From assembly GCA_963829525.1 (NCBI GenBank), contig CAWHIJ010000003.1:1216001-1280000 (forward strand): DNA of 64,000 nt. Direction: 5' to 3'. The translations under genes were made by a program, and so were the position numbers. This document shows positions 44,447-55,647 of this stretch, piece after piece. The notes beneath the pieces were generated by a model, which made no database searches, was not told the origin of the DNA, and saw only the letters and a program-made list of their open reading frames with translations. Within the stretch, counting starts at the first letter, position 1. Every line of letters begins with the position of its first letter. The stretch is from an uncultured Actinomycetota bacterium. GTDB lineage: Bacteria > Actinomycetota > Actinomycetes > JAHEKZ01.

Positions 44447-46882
44447 ATGCTCGACAACGAGCCCACGACACCCAGCACCACAGAACCCCGCGCGGGAAGC
44501 GGTACGACCGCACCGCGGACCCGACGACGAGCGGCAGCACGACCGGCGGGACCACCAAGCACCGAGAGCACAACGTCGCCAAAGACGACAGGTGCCGATG
44601 CAGCGGAGAAGCCGGCCAAGAAGGCGACCAAGAAGGCCGCCGCCAAGAAGACCACGAAGAAGGCTGCTACCAAGAAGACCGCACCTGAGGTCGACCCGGC
44701 AGCTCCGAGCCACGGCGGACGCACCAGCGAAGAAGACGACCAAGAAGACGACCAAGAAGACCACCAAGAAGACGGCGGCCGAGACCGAGACTGCGGCGCC
44801 GTCACTGCTCTTCAAGGCCCCCGACCCCGTTGTCGTTGAGAAGCCGGCGAAGAAAGCCGCCACCAAGAAGTCGGCGGCGTCGAAGAAGAGCGACGCTGAA
44901 GCAAGCGCAGCAGCAGACGCTGCTGATGTCGCTGAGCCGGCCAGTGACGGAGATGACGACGAGTGAAGGTGGTACGCGCCGCCGTCGCCGCCGCGGAGGG
45001 CGCGGACGCAAGGGCAAGAGCTCTGGCGACGAAGGCGGTGCGGCGGAGGCGTCCGACAGCGAAGGTTCTGGGGCTGACGGTGAGGAGACCGAGGAAGGCG
45101 GCTCCGGAACGACGCAAGCGCCGCAGGCGTCGGAGGCGCAAGGGCGGCGGCGGGGGCGACGGTGACGGCGCCGAGGCTGACCCTGCTCGCACGGTCGTCC
45201 ACGTCCGTGAGCCACGCAAGGCCTCCGACGAGATCTCCAGCGTCAAGGGCTCGACCCGGCTCGAGGCCAAGAAGCAGCGGCGGCGTGAGGGTCGTGAGCA
45301 GGGCAGGCGTCGCCCGCCGATCCTGACCGAGTCGGAGTTCCTCGCCAGACGCGAGGCCGTCGACCGCGTCATGGTCGTCCGCCAACAGGGCGATCGCACG
45401 CAGATTGCCGTCATGGAGGACGACGTCCTCGTCGAGCACTACGTCGCACAACGCTCGGCGTCCACCATGGTGGGCAACGTCTATCTAGCCAAGGTCCAGA
45501 ACGTGCTCCCGAGCATGGAGGCCGCCTTCGTCGATGTCGGACGCGGCCGCAACGCGGTGCTGTACGCCGGAGAGGTGAACTGGGATGCTGCCGGGCTCGA
45601 CGGGCAGCCGCGTCGCATCGAGCACGCCATGAAGTCAGGCGACTCCATCCTGGTCCAGGTGACAAAGGACCCCATCGGCCACAAGGGCGCTCGACTCACC
45701 GCCCACGTATCACTGCCTGGGCGCTACCTCGTGTACGTGCCGGACGGCTCGATGACCGGGATCAGCCGCAAGCTGCCCGACACCGAGCGGTCGCGGCTCA
45801 AGGCGATCTTGAAGAAGATCGTGCCCGATGATGCAGGAGTCATCGTGCGCACCGCTGCCGAGGGTGCCAGTGAAGAAGAGCTGCAGCGCGATGTGGCCCG
45901 GCTGACCGCTCAGTGGGAGGCAATCTCTGAGCAGACTGCCGGTGCCAACGCTCCCGCGCTGCTTCACGAGGAGCCAGACCTCACCCTCCGGGTCATCCGC
46001 GACGTCTTCAACGAAGACTTCAGCAAGCTCGTGGTCTCCGGCGACGAGGCCTGGGACACCGTCGAGGCGTACGTCACCCAAGTGGCGCCCGACCTGTCTG
46101 AGCGCCTCTCGAAGTGGACTGGCACCGATGACGTCTTCAGCGCGCACCGCATCGACGAGCAGATGCTCAAGGCGCTCGACCGCAAGGTCTGGCTGCCTAG
46201 TGGTGGCTACCTGATCATCGACAGCACCGAGGCGATGGTGGTGGTCGACGTCAACACAGGCAAGTTCACCGGCTCCGGTGGCAACCTTGAGCAAACCGTC
46301 ACCAAGAACAACATCGAGGCTGCCGAAGAGATCGTCCGGCAGCTGCGGCTGCGTGATGTCGGCGGGATCATCGTCATCGACTTCATCGACATGGTGCTCG
46401 AGAGCAACCGCGAGCTCGTGCTGCGACGGCTCGTCGAGTGCCTGGGACGTGACCGCACCAAGCACCAGGTGGCTGAGGTCACCTCGCTCGGGCTCGTCCA
46501 GATGACCCGCAAGCGTGTCGGGCAGGGGCTGCTCGAGGCCTTCTCGACCACCTGTGAAGAGTGCGGTGGCCGCGGTCGGCACGTCACCCTGGAGCCGGTC
46601 GAGGCCAAGAAGCAGGCCGATGGCGGAGGCAAGCGGGGCGAGGAACGCGCGCCCCGTCGGCGCCGGGGCAAGGCGGCAGCTGCCGCAACCCCGGAGGTCG
46701 ACCCTGAGGTCGCCGCCCGTGAGGCTGCAGCCAGGGCTGCCCTGGCGAAGGTGGCGGTGGCGACTGTTGGTGCGGCGGCTGACCCAGAGTCGGCCACCAC
46801 CGTCGAGGCGGGCGAACTGACCGAACGACCGCAGGAGCCGACTTCAGTCAGTGAGCCGGAGCAAGACGCCACCCTGGTTTGA
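44447..46882 (+). CDS. rne: Ribonuclease E/G (three +1 frameshifts in the disordered N-terminus)
   Basis: GSTRLEAKKQRR, S1 domain VLPSMEAAF, DVNTG, IDFIDM, C..C. Confidence 0.94.
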
Positions 46883-46908
46883 CCGGCCTAGGGGGCACTC
46901 CGTACCCT
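46879..46908 (+). promoter_or_regulatory. Sigma-A/HrdB-like promoter of rplU-rpmA
   Basis: TTGACC-N18-TACCCT. Confidence 0.6.
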
Positions 46909-47091
46909 GGGACATCGGCGCTGATGCGCCTGGTTCCGCGTGTGCGCCCCTGGTCAGCCCCTGGTAGCCCCAAGGTTAACCGGGTGGAGCCCGCAAGGAT
47001 TCAAGTGAGACCGAAGACTGACAACCGCGTGGCCACCTGGCCTCGCCCAGAGTCTGTCGCTGCCAGCGGGTGGTGACGTGAGGAGTTCGCG

Positions 47092-47418
47092 GTGTACGCG
47101 ATTGTCCGCGCTGGCGGCCGCCAGGAGAAGGTAGCGGTCGGCGACGTCGTCCAGATCGACAAGATCGACGGCGAGCCAGGCAGTTCGATCACTCTCCCGG
47201 CACTTCTCGTCGTCGACGGAGAAGCGGTCACCAGCGACCCCAAGGCGCTCGCCGGAATCACCGTGACCGCTGAGGTGGTCGGCGCCATCAAAGGCCCCAA
47301 GATCACGATCATGAAGTTCAAGAACAAGACCGGGTACCGCAAGCGGCAGGGACATCGGCAGAAGTACACCGAGGTCAAGGTCACTGGCATCAACACCGAC
47401 ATCGCAGCGGGGAAGTGA
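47092..47418 (+). CDS. rplU: 50S ribosomal protein L21
   Basis: [22 protein letters not shown]. Confidence 0.97.
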   Translation: MYAIVRAGGRQEKVAVGDVVQIDKIDGEPGSSITLPALLVVDGEAVTSDPKALAGITVTAEVVGAIKGPKITIMKFKNKTGYRKRQGHRQKYTEVKVTGINTDIAAGK

Positions 47419-47427
47419 GCAGAAGCC

Positions 47428-47682
47428 ATGGCACACAAAAAGGGCGCGTCCTCGACGCGTAACGGTCGTGACTCCAACTCCCAGCGCCTCGGCGTCAAGC
47501 GCTTCGGCGGCGAGGTCGTCAACGCCGGCGAGATCATCGTCCGGCAGCGCGGCACGCACTTTCACCCCGGACGTAACGTCGGTCGCGGCGGCGACGACAC
47601 CCTCTTCGCCCTGACCGCTGGCGCCGTCGAGTTCGGCACCCGCCGTGGTCGTCGGGTCGTCAACATCGTCTCGGCCGAGTAG
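47428..47682 (+). CDS. rpmA: 50S ribosomal protein L27
   Basis: [16 protein letters not shown]. Confidence 0.98.
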   Translation: MAHKKGASSTRNGRDSNSQRLGVKRFGGEVVNAGEIIVRQRGTHFHPGRNVGRGGDDTLFALTAGAVEFGTRRGRRVVNIVSAE

Positions 47683-47696
47683 CCCCGACGGCACGC

Positions 47697-47742
47697 CACG
47701 AAGTCCGGCCTCGCCCGATTTCGGGTGAGGCCCTTCGTGTTT
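47697..47742 (+). terminator. Intrinsic terminator-like hairpin after rpmA
   Basis: CACGAAG..GGCCTCGCCCGA-TT-TCGGGTGAGGCC-CTTCGTG followed by TTT. Confidence 0.7.
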
Positions 47743-47770
47743 AGACGCGTGTAGAGGAGGCAGGACGCCA

Positions 47771-49138
47771 ATGGCCACCTTTGTCGACCGTGTCCTGCTG
47801 CACGCGGCCGGCGGCAAGGGAGGTAACGGTTGCGCCTCGGTCCATCGAGAGAAGTTCAAACCGTTCGGTGGACCTGATGGGGGCAATGGCGGACGCGGCG
47901 GTGAGGTCGTTCTCGTCGTCGACCGCAATGTGACGACTCTGCTGGACTATCACCACAGCCCGCACCGCAAGGCCGGTCACGGCAAACCAGGGATGGGGGG
48001 GCACCGCAGTGGAGCCGATGGCGACGACCTGATCCTTCCCGTCCCTGAGGGCACGGTTGTGGTTGGCCTCGATGGCGAGGTCATCGCCGACCTCACCGGT
48101 GACGGCACCCGATGGGTGATTGCCCCAGGCGGCTCCGGCGGTCTCGGCAACGCCTCGCTCGCATCTCCGCGGCGACGAGCCCCAGGGTTTGCGTTGCTCG
48201 GCGAGCCGGGTATCGAGGCAGACGTCGTCCTCGAGCTCAAGACGGTCGCTGACGTGGGTCTGGTGGGCTTCCCGAGCGCGGGGAAGTCGAGCCTGGTGGC
48301 GTCGGTCTCGGCCGCGCGTCCGAAGATCGCCGACTACCCATTCACCACGTTGGTGCCGAACCTGGGTGTCGTCGAGGCCGGCTCGACGCGTTTCACCATC
48401 GCCGACGTTCCGGGGTTGATCCCCGGGGCGAGCGAGGGCAAGGGACTCGGTCACGAGTTCCTTCGCCATATCGAGCGCTGTGCCGTCCTCGTGCACGTCC
48501 TCGACTGCGCCACCCTCGAGCCCAACCGCGACCCACTCACCGATCTCCAGGTCCTCGAGGACGAGCTCGCCGCGTACGGCGGGCTCGCCGATCGCCCCCG
48601 GGTGATCGTGCTGAACAAGGTGGATGTTCCAGAGGCGCGCGAGCTCGCCGATCTCGTCACGCCCGAGCTGGCCGAACGAGGTTGGCCGGTCTTCGCCGTC
48701 TCGGCGGTCAGCCATGAGGGTCTCCGCCAACTCTGCTTCGCCCTCGCCGACGTCGTCCAGCAGTACCGACAGTCACTTCCTGAGCCCGAGGCCACCCGCA
48801 TCGTGCTGCGCCCCACCCCAGTGGATGACGCGGGGTTCACCGTGACGGTCGAGGAGGCCCGCTTCCGGGTGCGCGGCCACAAACCGGAGCGATGGGTACG
48901 GCAGACCGACTTCAGCAACGACGAAGCGGTGGGCTACCTCTCAGACCGGTTGGCCCGCCTCGGCGTCGAGGAGGCATTGGTCGCCAGGGGTGCCGAACCG
49001 GGTGCCGAGGTCGTGGTCGGTGACGATGAGGACGGTGTCATCTTCGACTTCGCCCCGCAGCTGGAGAGCGGTGCCGAGCAGCTGCAGAGCCCTCGTGGCA
49101 CCGATCGTCGAGTCGAGGCTTGGGAGCGAGAGCAGTGA
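47771..49138 (+). CDS. obgE: GTPase ObgE
   Basis: [22 protein letters not shown]; OCT domain. Confidence 0.97.
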   Translation: MATFVDRVLLHAAGGKGGNGCASVHREKFKPFGGPDGGNGGRGGEVVLVVDRNVTTLLDYHHSPHRKAGHGKPGMGGHRSGADGDDLILPVPEGTVVVGLDGEVIADLTGDGTRWVIAPGGSGGLGNASLASPRRRAPGFALLGEPGIEADVVLELKTVADVGLVGFPSAGKSSLVASVSAARPKIADYPFTTLVPNLGVVEAGSTRFTIADVPGLIPGASEGKGLGHEFLRHIERCAVLVHVLDCATLEPNRDPLTDLQVLEDELAAYGGLADRPRVIVLNKVDVPEARELADLVTPELAERGWPVFAVSAVSHEGLRQLCFALADVVQQYRQSLPEPEATRIVLRPTPVDDAGFTVTVEEARFRVRGHKPERWVRQTDFSNDEAVGYLSDRLARLGVEEALVARGAEPGAEVVVGDDEDGVIFDFAPQLESGAEQLQSPRGTDRRVEAWEREQ

Positions 49139-49164
49139 GGCCGTCAGCCTCACCCGCCACGAAC

Positions 49165-50310
49165 GTGACCCGCGCCGAGACGGTGGCTGCGGCGCGCCGC
49201 ATCGTCGTCAAGGTGGGGTCCTCGTCGCTGACCACGGCCAAGGGCGCCATCGATGATTCGCGGGTCGTCGAGCTCGTTGGTGCGCTCGCCGATCGAAGAG
49301 CGTCCGGCATCGAGATCGTGCTGGTGACGTCGGGAGCAATTGCCGCAGGTCTTGAGCCCCTGGGCTTGAAGGTTCGCCCGCGCGACCTCGCGACGCAGCA
49401 GGCGGCCGCGAGCATCGGTCAAGGACTGCTGATGCACCGGTACACCGATGCCTTCGCCGACCACGAGGTCACCGTCGGCCAGGTGTTGATGACCGCTGAG
49501 GATGTCGTCCGCCGGTCGCACTACCGCAACGCGCAACGGACGTTGTACCGCTTGCTCGAGCTGGGCGCACTGCCCATCGTCAATGAGAACGACACGGTGG
49601 CCACCGACGAGATCCGCTTCGGGGACAACGACCGACTCGCCGCTCTCGTGGCGCACCTGGTGCACGCCGACCTCTTCGTGATGCTCTCCGACGTCGATGC
49701 GCTCTACAACTCTCCTCCGTCGCGACAGGGCTCCGCCCGCATCGCTGAGATCTCCCACCCCGACCAGCTTGATGCCGTCGAAGTGGGCAAGCGCGGGTCC
49801 TCGGTCGGGACCGGAGGCATGGCAACCAAAGTGGCCGCTGCTCGCATCGCAACCGGGGCCGGAATCCCGGTGGTACTGGCCCACGCACAGTCGGCGGCCG
49901 CTGCGCTGGCGGGGGAGGACGTCGGCACGTGGTTCACCGCCTCCGGTCGACGGGTGCCAACCCGGCTCCTGTGGCTGGCCCATGCGGCGACCCCGCACGG
50001 ACTCCTGACGTTGGACGCCGGCGCGGTCCGGGCGATCGTGGAGCGCCGGGCCTCGCTGTTGCCTGCTGGCGTCACCGGCGTCGACGGGACGTTCGTCGCA
50101 GGAGATCCGATTGACCTGGTTGACGAAAACGGCAACACGGTGGCCCGTGGGCTGGTGAACTTTGACGCGACAGAGCTGCCGGCACTGCTGGGTCGGTCGA
50201 CCCGTGAGCTCGCCAAGCAGCTCGGCACGGCTTATGAGCGTGAGGTCGTGCACCGAGATGACCTGGTGGTGCTGGGTCGTCAGACCGACGACGGAGGCAA
50301 CACGACGTGA
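49165..50310 (+). CDS. proB: Glutamate 5-kinase
   Basis: VKVGSSSL, NENDTV, FGDND, GTGGM.TK, PUA domain. Confidence 0.96.
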   Translation: MTRAETVAAARRIVVKVGSSSLTTAKGAIDDSRVVELVGALADRRASGIEIVLVTSGAIAAGLEPLGLKVRPRDLATQQAAASIGQGLLMHRYTDAFADHEVTVGQVLMTAEDVVRRSHYRNAQRTLYRLLELGALPIVNENDTVATDEIRFGDNDRLAALVAHLVHADLFVMLSDVDALYNSPPSRQGSARIAEISHPDQLDAVEVGKRGSSVGTGGMATKVAAARIATGAGIPVVLAHAQSAAAALAGEDVGTWFTASGRRVPTRLLWLAHAATPHGLLTLDAGAVRAIVERRASLLPAGVTGVDGTFVAGDPIDLVDENGNTVARGLVNFDATELPALLGRSTRELAKQLGTAYEREVVHRDDLVVLGRQTDDGGNTT

Positions 50311-50696
50311 GTGACCAGGACGCCGGCCCGGGTGTGCGGCGCATGTGGCACGTGGTGATCACCGCGGCCGGCCCCGCTCTTCCCGCCGAGGGAGTTCGTG
50401 AGGCTTTGGTGCGGCTCGCAGACAGCCACCAGTTCATCTTGTCGGCGCGCTATGCCGCCGACCGTGCCGAGGTGCGCTATTGGGACGAGAGCGGGCACGT
50501 TCGGGACATTGCTGCCAGGGCGTTCTCGGTCTGGAGTGACTACAGCGAAATCGCTGGGCTTCCCCCCTGGGAGGTCGTCGGCCTTGAGGTCATTGAGCGT
50601 GACGCCTTTCACGCCCGCCTTGGGGGGCGTCCAGGGCGCCGTGCTGGCGACCCTGATTTTCCTGGCCTTGAGTCCGGCGGCGTCCAACCGTTCTAG
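50307..50696 (+). CDS. Conserved actinobacterial hypothetical protein between proB and proA
   Basis: [21 protein letters not shown]; GTGA overlap with the proB stop. Confidence 0.75.
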   Translation: MSDQDAGPGVRRMWHVVITAAGPALPAEGVREALVRLADSHQFILSARYAADRAEVRYWDESGHVRDIAARAFSVWSDYSEIAGLPPWEVVGLEVIERDAFHARLGGRPGRRAGDPDFPGLESGGVQPF

Positions 50697-50716
50697 GGCT
50701 TGGATACTGTTCGGTG

Positions 50717-52012
50717 ATGGGTACCACCACTGACACCGTCGTTGACAGCGAGCGGGACGCGGTTCTGGACGCTGCGCGTCGCGCCCGCACCGCGTCCACC
50801 GTTCTCGCACCCGCTACCCGGGCCACCAAGGACGCCGCCATCCTTGCCATCGCAGACGCACTAGACGCCAGGGCCGATGAAGTGGTGGCGGCGAACACCG
50901 CCGATGTGGAACGCGCGGTTGCCGCGGGTACGGCGCCCGGGCTCGTGGACCGGCTTACCCTCACCCCCGAACGGCTGGCCGCGATCGCGGAGGCACTGCG
51001 TGACGTTGCAAAACTTCCCGATCCCGTTGGGGAGGTCATCCGCGGCTTCACGTTGCCGAACGGGCTCGACGTGCGACAGGTACGCGTGCCGATGGGTGTG
51101 GTCGGCATCATCTACGAGGCCCGTCCCAACGTCACGGTCGATGCTGCCGGTCTGGGGCTGAAGTCGGGCAACGCGGTCCTGCTTCGCGGTTCGTCGTCAG
51201 CGCACGACTCCAACACCGCCCTCGTTGCTGTCATGCAGGGTGCCCTCGAGGCCTCCGGGCTGCCTCGTGACTGCATTCAGCTCGTTCCGGGGACCACGCA
51301 CGAGGCGGCCAAGCACCTGATGAACGCGCGGGGCCTCGTCGACGTGCTCATCCCACGCGGGGGAGCCGGTCTCATCCGCTCGGTCGTCGAGGGGTCGACG
51401 GTGCCGGTGATCGAGACGGGTGTCGGCAACTGTCACGTCTACATCGACGCCACTGCAGACATCGACAAGGCGGTCCCACTGCTGGTGAACGCCAAGACAC
51501 AGCGCGCCAGCGTCTGCAACGCTGCCGAGACCTTTCTGGTTCACGCCGATATTGCCGACGAGTTCTTGCCCAGGGCTTTGGCAGCACTCAAGGAATCGGG
51601 TGTCACCATCCATGGCGACGCCAGGATGCGCCCGTACGCCGAGCGAAGCGGAATCGACTTTGTTGACGCCACCGACGAGGACTGGGCTGCTGAGTACTAC
51701 TCGCTCGACATCGCTGCGGGCGTGGTCGATTCGCTCGACGACGCGGTGCGGCACATCCGGCGTTGGTCAACGGGTCATACCGAGGCGATCGTCACCGAGA
51801 ACCAGTCGGCGGCGCGAGCTTTCGTCGCCCAGGTCGATGCCGCCGCAGTGATGGTGAACGCCTCGACCCGGTTCACCGATGGGGGGGAGTTCGGCTTCGG
51901 CGCCGAGATCGGCATCAGCACCCAGAAGCTGCATGCGCGTGGTCCGATGGGACTGACTGAGCTGACCAGCACCAAGTACGTGGTGACCGGGAACGGCCAC
52001 ATCCGCACCTGA
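50717..52012 (+). CDS. proA: Gamma-glutamyl phosphate reductase
   Basis: [32 protein letters not shown]. Confidence 0.96.
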   Translation: MGTTTDTVVDSERDAVLDAARRARTASTVLAPATRATKDAAILAIADALDARADEVVAANTADVERAVAAGTAPGLVDRLTLTPERLAAIAEALRDVAKLPDPVGEVIRGFTLPNGLDVRQVRVPMGVVGIIYEARPNVTVDAAGLGLKSGNAVLLRGSSSAHDSNTALVAVMQGALEASGLPRDCIQLVPGTTHEAAKHLMNARGLVDVLIPRGGAGLIRSVVEGSTVPVIETGVGNCHVYIDATADIDKAVPLLVNAKTQRASVCNAAETFLVHADIADEFLPRALAALKESGVTIHGDARMRPYAERSGIDFVDATDEDWAAEYYSLDIAAGVVDSLDDAVRHIRRWSTGHTEAIVTENQSAARAFVAQVDAAAVMVNASTRFTDGGEFGFGAEIGISTQKLHARGPMGLTELTSTKYVVTGNGHIRT

Positions 52013-52066
52013 CCCAGGGTCTTCGCTAGGCTGACCCCGTCCGATCCGAGTCCCCCGAGGTGACGA

Positions 52067-52210
52067 ATGTTTGCTCTGATGCTGTTGGCTGAGACCCCCG
52101 TCGAGGAAGAGGCCTCCGCCCTGCCGCTCGCGCTGACCCTGGGAATCGGCACCTTCGTGCTCTTCGCCGTGCTGCTGTTCGCGGTGTCCCGCCTCAACCC
52201 CGATCGCTGA
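52067..52210 (+). CDS. 47-aa single-pass membrane protein (absent from ORF track)
   Basis: GAGG RBS; MFALMLLAETPVEEEASALPLALTLGIGTFVLFAVLLFAVSRLNPDR. Confidence 0.75.
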   Translation: MFALMLLAETPVEEEASALPLALTLGIGTFVLFAVLLFAVSRLNPDR

Positions 52211-52267
52211 TCCCGACACTGCGGCGTTACACCAGTCCTCGGTGCTCGCGCCAGTAGGGTCGCTCAC

Positions 52268-52861
52268 ATGCAGCGGATCGGTGTCATGGGGGGCACGTTC
52301 GACCCTATTCACCACGGCCATTTGGTGGCCGCCAGCGAAGTTGCAGCTTCCTTCGAGCTCGACGAAGTGGTCTTCGTGCCAACGGGTGCTCCTTGGCAGA
52401 AGGTCGAGCGTGCTGTGTCACCTGCCGAGGACCGGTATCTCATGACCGTCATCGCCACCGCATCCGATCCCCGGTTCTCGGTGAGCCGCGTCGACATCGA
52501 CCGGAACGGCCCCACCTACACCCTCGACACCCTGCGCGACCTCCAGGCTGCGTACCCCGCTGCGGGACAGCTGTACTTCATCACCGGTGCCGACGCTCTC
52601 TCCCAGCTGCTCACCTGGCGTGATGTCGAGGCGCTCTTCGCCCTCGCTCACTTCGTGGGGGTCACCAGGCCCGGCCACGTGCTGGCCGATCCTGGCCTCC
52701 CGTCCGGAGAGGTGAGCCTGGTGGAGGTCCCTGCCCTGGCCATCTCCTCCACCGAGATACGCGACCGGGTGACGTCCGGGCGCCCCATCGACTACCTGGT
52801 CCCGGAGGGTGTCGCACGCTACATCGGCAAGCGCGGACTGTACCGGCGGGACGCAACATGA
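52268..52861 (+). CDS. nadD: Nicotinate-nucleotide adenylyltransferase
   Basis: [15 protein letters not shown]. Confidence 0.96.
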   Translation: MQRIGVMGGTFDPIHHGHLVAASEVAASFELDEVVFVPTGAPWQKVERAVSPAEDRYLMTVIATASDPRFSVSRVDIDRNGPTYTLDTLRDLQAAYPAAGQLYFITGADALSQLLTWRDVEALFALAHFVGVTRPGHVLADPGLPSGEVSLVEVPALAISSTEIRDRVTSGRPIDYLVPEGVARYIGKRGLYRRDAT

Positions 52862-54240
52862 ATGAGCGTCACCGGCACCGCCCGGACAAAAGGGCGGAAG
52901 GGCGCGGTCAGCGTGGGCGCCCCCCCAAGGACAGCGTCTCGTTGGCCGAAAGGCTTGGCGGCTCGGCAACGCCTGAAGCGGGTCCCACCACGGTGCTTCC
53001 GGCTGGATCAAGACCGACGCCGGTCCAACCGCAGTCGCGCAAGCAGTTGCGCGAGCAACGTGAGCAACTGCAGCGTCGTGCTAGACAGCGATGGATCATT
53101 ACCGGTGCAGCAGTGGCCGGCGTCGTTGTTATCGGAGTTCTGCTGGTCTTGTGGCTTGCGGGCCGAGACGATGACGCCGCCGCACCCGCCGAACAAGGTC
53201 GGACCGAGCGAACAGTGACCATGACGTTGGCCGCCGACGGCGACGCAGCAACTTCCGGTGCACTGATGGTTTTCGACGCCGACAACACGACGGCAGGCTC
53301 GGTGCTCATCCAGTCAAGGCTGTTCGTCGAGGGGCCGACCCCTGGTGGTCTCCCGTTTGGCGAGACCGTGCTGCTGGGTGACAATGCAGCACCAGGATCA
53401 TCGCTCGCCAATACCCTCGACGTGGTCGTCGATGACACGTGGCAGGTGTCAGATCAGATGCTTGCTCAGCTGGTGGATGCTGCAGATGGCGTTCTTGTCG
53501 ATGTCGACACCGACGTGCTCGCCGGGCCGGCTGGCGGCCAGCAGTCGATCGTTGTCCCGGCTGGTGACGGGCAGTTGCTGGGCGGCAAGGATGCCGTTGC
53601 CTTTGCCACTTACCTCGGCCCTGACGAGAACGAGGAGGCGCGGTTGGCTCGCTTCGGCCAGGTCCTGGACCAGGTGGTCCTCAGACTCCCGGGTGATCGT
53701 GCAGGGCTTCTGGCCGTACTTGACGGCGTGAACGCTACCGAGAGTTCGACCCTGAGCAGCGAGAGTCTGACGGATTTCCTGCTGGGCTACGGCGACATCG
53801 GGCGTGATGGTGACGCCAGCTACCAGTCGCTTCCTGTCGACACCCTCGAGACCGGGGGCCCGAACCCGGCGCTGATCGTCGAGCCGGCAGGTCTGGAGCG
53901 GCTCCGCGCCGGTCTGCTGGCCGATTCATTACCTCCAGACGCCGGAGGCGAACAGATCACGGTCCTGGTCCAGAACGGTGTCGGGACACCCGGCCTCGAG
54001 CAGGATGCTGCTGATCTTCTGCTGGCTAAGGGCTACAAGTTCTTCAACGGGGGCAATGCGCTCGAATTCGGCCGGGAGGAGACGCTCATCCTGATCCCAG
54101 ACAGCACGTCAGCCTCCCGCGCCCTCGGCGATGACGTTGCAAAGACTCTCGGGGTCCCCGCTTCCGCTGTCCAGGTCAGCGACCAGGGCAGCTCGATTGC
54201 TGACGTGATCGCGATCTTGGGTGCCGACTTCAAGCCGTGA
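52858..54240 (+). CDS. LCP-like membrane protein with LytR_C domain
   Basis: One TM; [11 protein letters not shown] LytR_C; ILGADF end; conserved position between nadD and rsfS. Confidence 0.8.
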   Translation: MNERHRHRPDKRAEGRGQRGRPPKDSVSLAERLGGSATPEAGPTTVLPAGSRPTPVQPQSRKQLREQREQLQRRARQRWIITGAAVAGVVVIGVLLVLWLAGRDDDAAAPAEQGRTERTVTMTLAADGDAATSGALMVFDADNTTAGSVLIQSRLFVEGPTPGGLPFGETVLLGDNAAPGSSLANTLDVVVDDTWQVSDQMLAQLVDAADGVLVDVDTDVLAGPAGGQQSIVVPAGDGQLLGGKDAVAFATYLGPDENEEARLARFGQVLDQVVLRLPGDRAGLLAVLDGVNATESSTLSSESLTDFLLGYGDIGRDGDASYQSLPVDTLETGGPNPALIVEPAGLERLRAGLLADSLPPDAGGEQITVLVQNGVGTPGLEQDAADLLLAKGYKFFNGGNALEFGREETLILIPDSTSASRALGDDVAKTLGVPASAVQVSDQGSSIADVIAILGADFKP

Positions 54241-54280
54241 GAGGCTAGGGGCACCAAGTCAGCGTCGCCCGAGGAGTCGA

Positions 54281-54655
54281 GTGTCTGCAATCCCAGAGTC
54301 CATCCGCCTGGTGCACGAAGCCGCCGCCGCGGCCGCCGACAAGTTGGCCGTCGACATCATCGCGTTCGACGTCAGCGACCAGCTCGCGTTGGCTGACGCG
54401 TTTCTGCTCTGCTCGGCGCCCAATGACCGTCAGGTGCGAGCCATCGTCGAGGCCATCGAGGAACGTCTCACGGCCAATGGCCAGAAGCCAGCGCACCGCG
54501 AAGGTGAGCGGGAGAACCGCTGGGTGCTGCTGGACTATCTCGATGTCGTCGTTCATGTGCAGCACGAGGAGGAACGAGCCTTCTACTCCCTCGAACGTCT
54601 CTGGGCCGATTGCCCGACGATTCCACTTGGAGTAGCAGCCGAGGTGACCCGCTGA
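54281..54655 (+). CDS. rsfS: Ribosomal silencing factor
   Basis: AADK.A, WVLLDY.DVVVH, FY.LERLW. Confidence 0.95.
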   Translation: MSAIPESIRLVHEAAAAAADKLAVDIIAFDVSDQLALADAFLLCSAPNDRQVRAIVEAIEERLTANGQKPAHREGERENRWVLLDYLDVVVHVQHEEERAFYSLERLWADCPTIPLGVAAEVTR

Positions 54656-55305
54656 GCGTCGAGTTCACGCCGGGGGCTGTGCGGCGCAGAGTTGTGCTGT
54701 GGCGGCACGGGCGCACCGAGTGGAATGACTCCCGACGGTTCCAGGGCCAGACCGATGTTGCCCTCGACGACGTCGGGCGCGCGCAAGCGGCTCTGGCGGC
54801 CGAGCAGCTGGCGACCCTCAAGCCGCAATTGATCGTGGCGTCCGACCTGTCCAGGGCTGCCGACACGGCTCAAGCGCTTGCCGATCGGACGGGTGTACCG
54901 GTTCGCCGGACCCCAACGCTCCGTGAGACGCACGGTGGCAGCTGGGAGGGGCAGTTCGCTGACGACCTGAAGGCCGACCCACAGTACGTCGCGTGGCTCG
55001 CTGGTGAAGATGTCCCGGCTGGTGGGTCGGAGACTCGCAGCCAAGTAGCCGATCGCGCCGTCGTTACCGTCCGCGCGGCTGCCGCAGAGCTGGAGCTCGG
55101 TGGCCTGGTGGTCGTGGCATCGCATGGCGGAACGATCCGGGCCGTGATCTGTCGGATGCTCGGCCTGCCGGTAGAGCACTGGCGCGTTCTAGGTGGTCTG
55201 GCGAACTGCTGCTGGTCTGTGTTGGAAGAGGGCCGGGCGGGGTGGCGACTGGTCGAACACAACGCTGGCAGCTTGCCTGAAGTGGTGTTGGGCGACGATC
55301 GCTGA
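54652..55305 (+). CDS. Histidine phosphatase family protein (start uncertain)
   Basis: RHG.TEWN, SDLSRA, SHGG. Confidence 0.9.
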   Translation: MSVEFTPGAVRRRVVLWRHGRTEWNDSRRFQGQTDVALDDVGRAQAALAAEQLATLKPQLIVASDLSRAADTAQALADRTGVPVRRTPTLRETHGGSWEGQFADDLKADPQYVAWLAGEDVPAGGSETRSQVADRAVVTVRAAAAELELGGLVVVASHGGTIRAVICRMLGLPVEHWRVLGGLANCCWSVLEEGRAGWRLVEHNAGSLPEVVLGDDR

Positions 55306-55372
55306 ACCGAGGCGAAGCGCGTCCGGGCCGGTTTGGATCGGCGTTAGGCCCCCGGTAGTGTTGGCGTTTCGC

Positions 55373-55445
55373 GGGGCTATGGCGCAGTTGGTAGCGCGTC
55401 TGCATGGCATGCAGAAGGTCCGGGGTTCGAATCCCCGTAGCTCCA
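55373..55445 (+). tRNA. tRNA-Ala(GGC)
   Basis: GGGGCTA acceptor stem, TCTGC-ATGGCAT-GCAGA, GTTCGAATCC. Confidence 0.96.
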
Positions 55446-55589
55446 CCCATCAGATGTGTCGCGAAATCCGTAACGGGTGAGTGAGCGTCCCTCTCCCGAT
55501 CACGAGTCGGCTGCATTCGGGGTGGTCGATTGCGGGCCTGGAGGCGAACATCCCAGCAGCGGTCACGGTTGGCCCCTGCCTGCCCCGGT

Positions 55590-55618
55590 GAGTTTTTAGT
55601 ATGCCATCCTAGAAACTC
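55590..55618. promoter_or_regulatory. Candidate TetR operator
   Basis: GAGTTTTTAGTATG-C-CATCCTAGAAACTC, 12 of 14 positions palindromic. Confidence 0.6.
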
Positions 55619-55647
55619 GCCGAGAGTCGATCGATCAGGAGGGCACG

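Noticed and set aside
40273-46882. rodA, radical SAM and rne as true pseudogenes or programmed frameshift genes
   Set aside because: No in-frame nonsense mutations, no slippery heptamers seen, catalytic motifs intact and core functions involved; a consensus artefact explains them better
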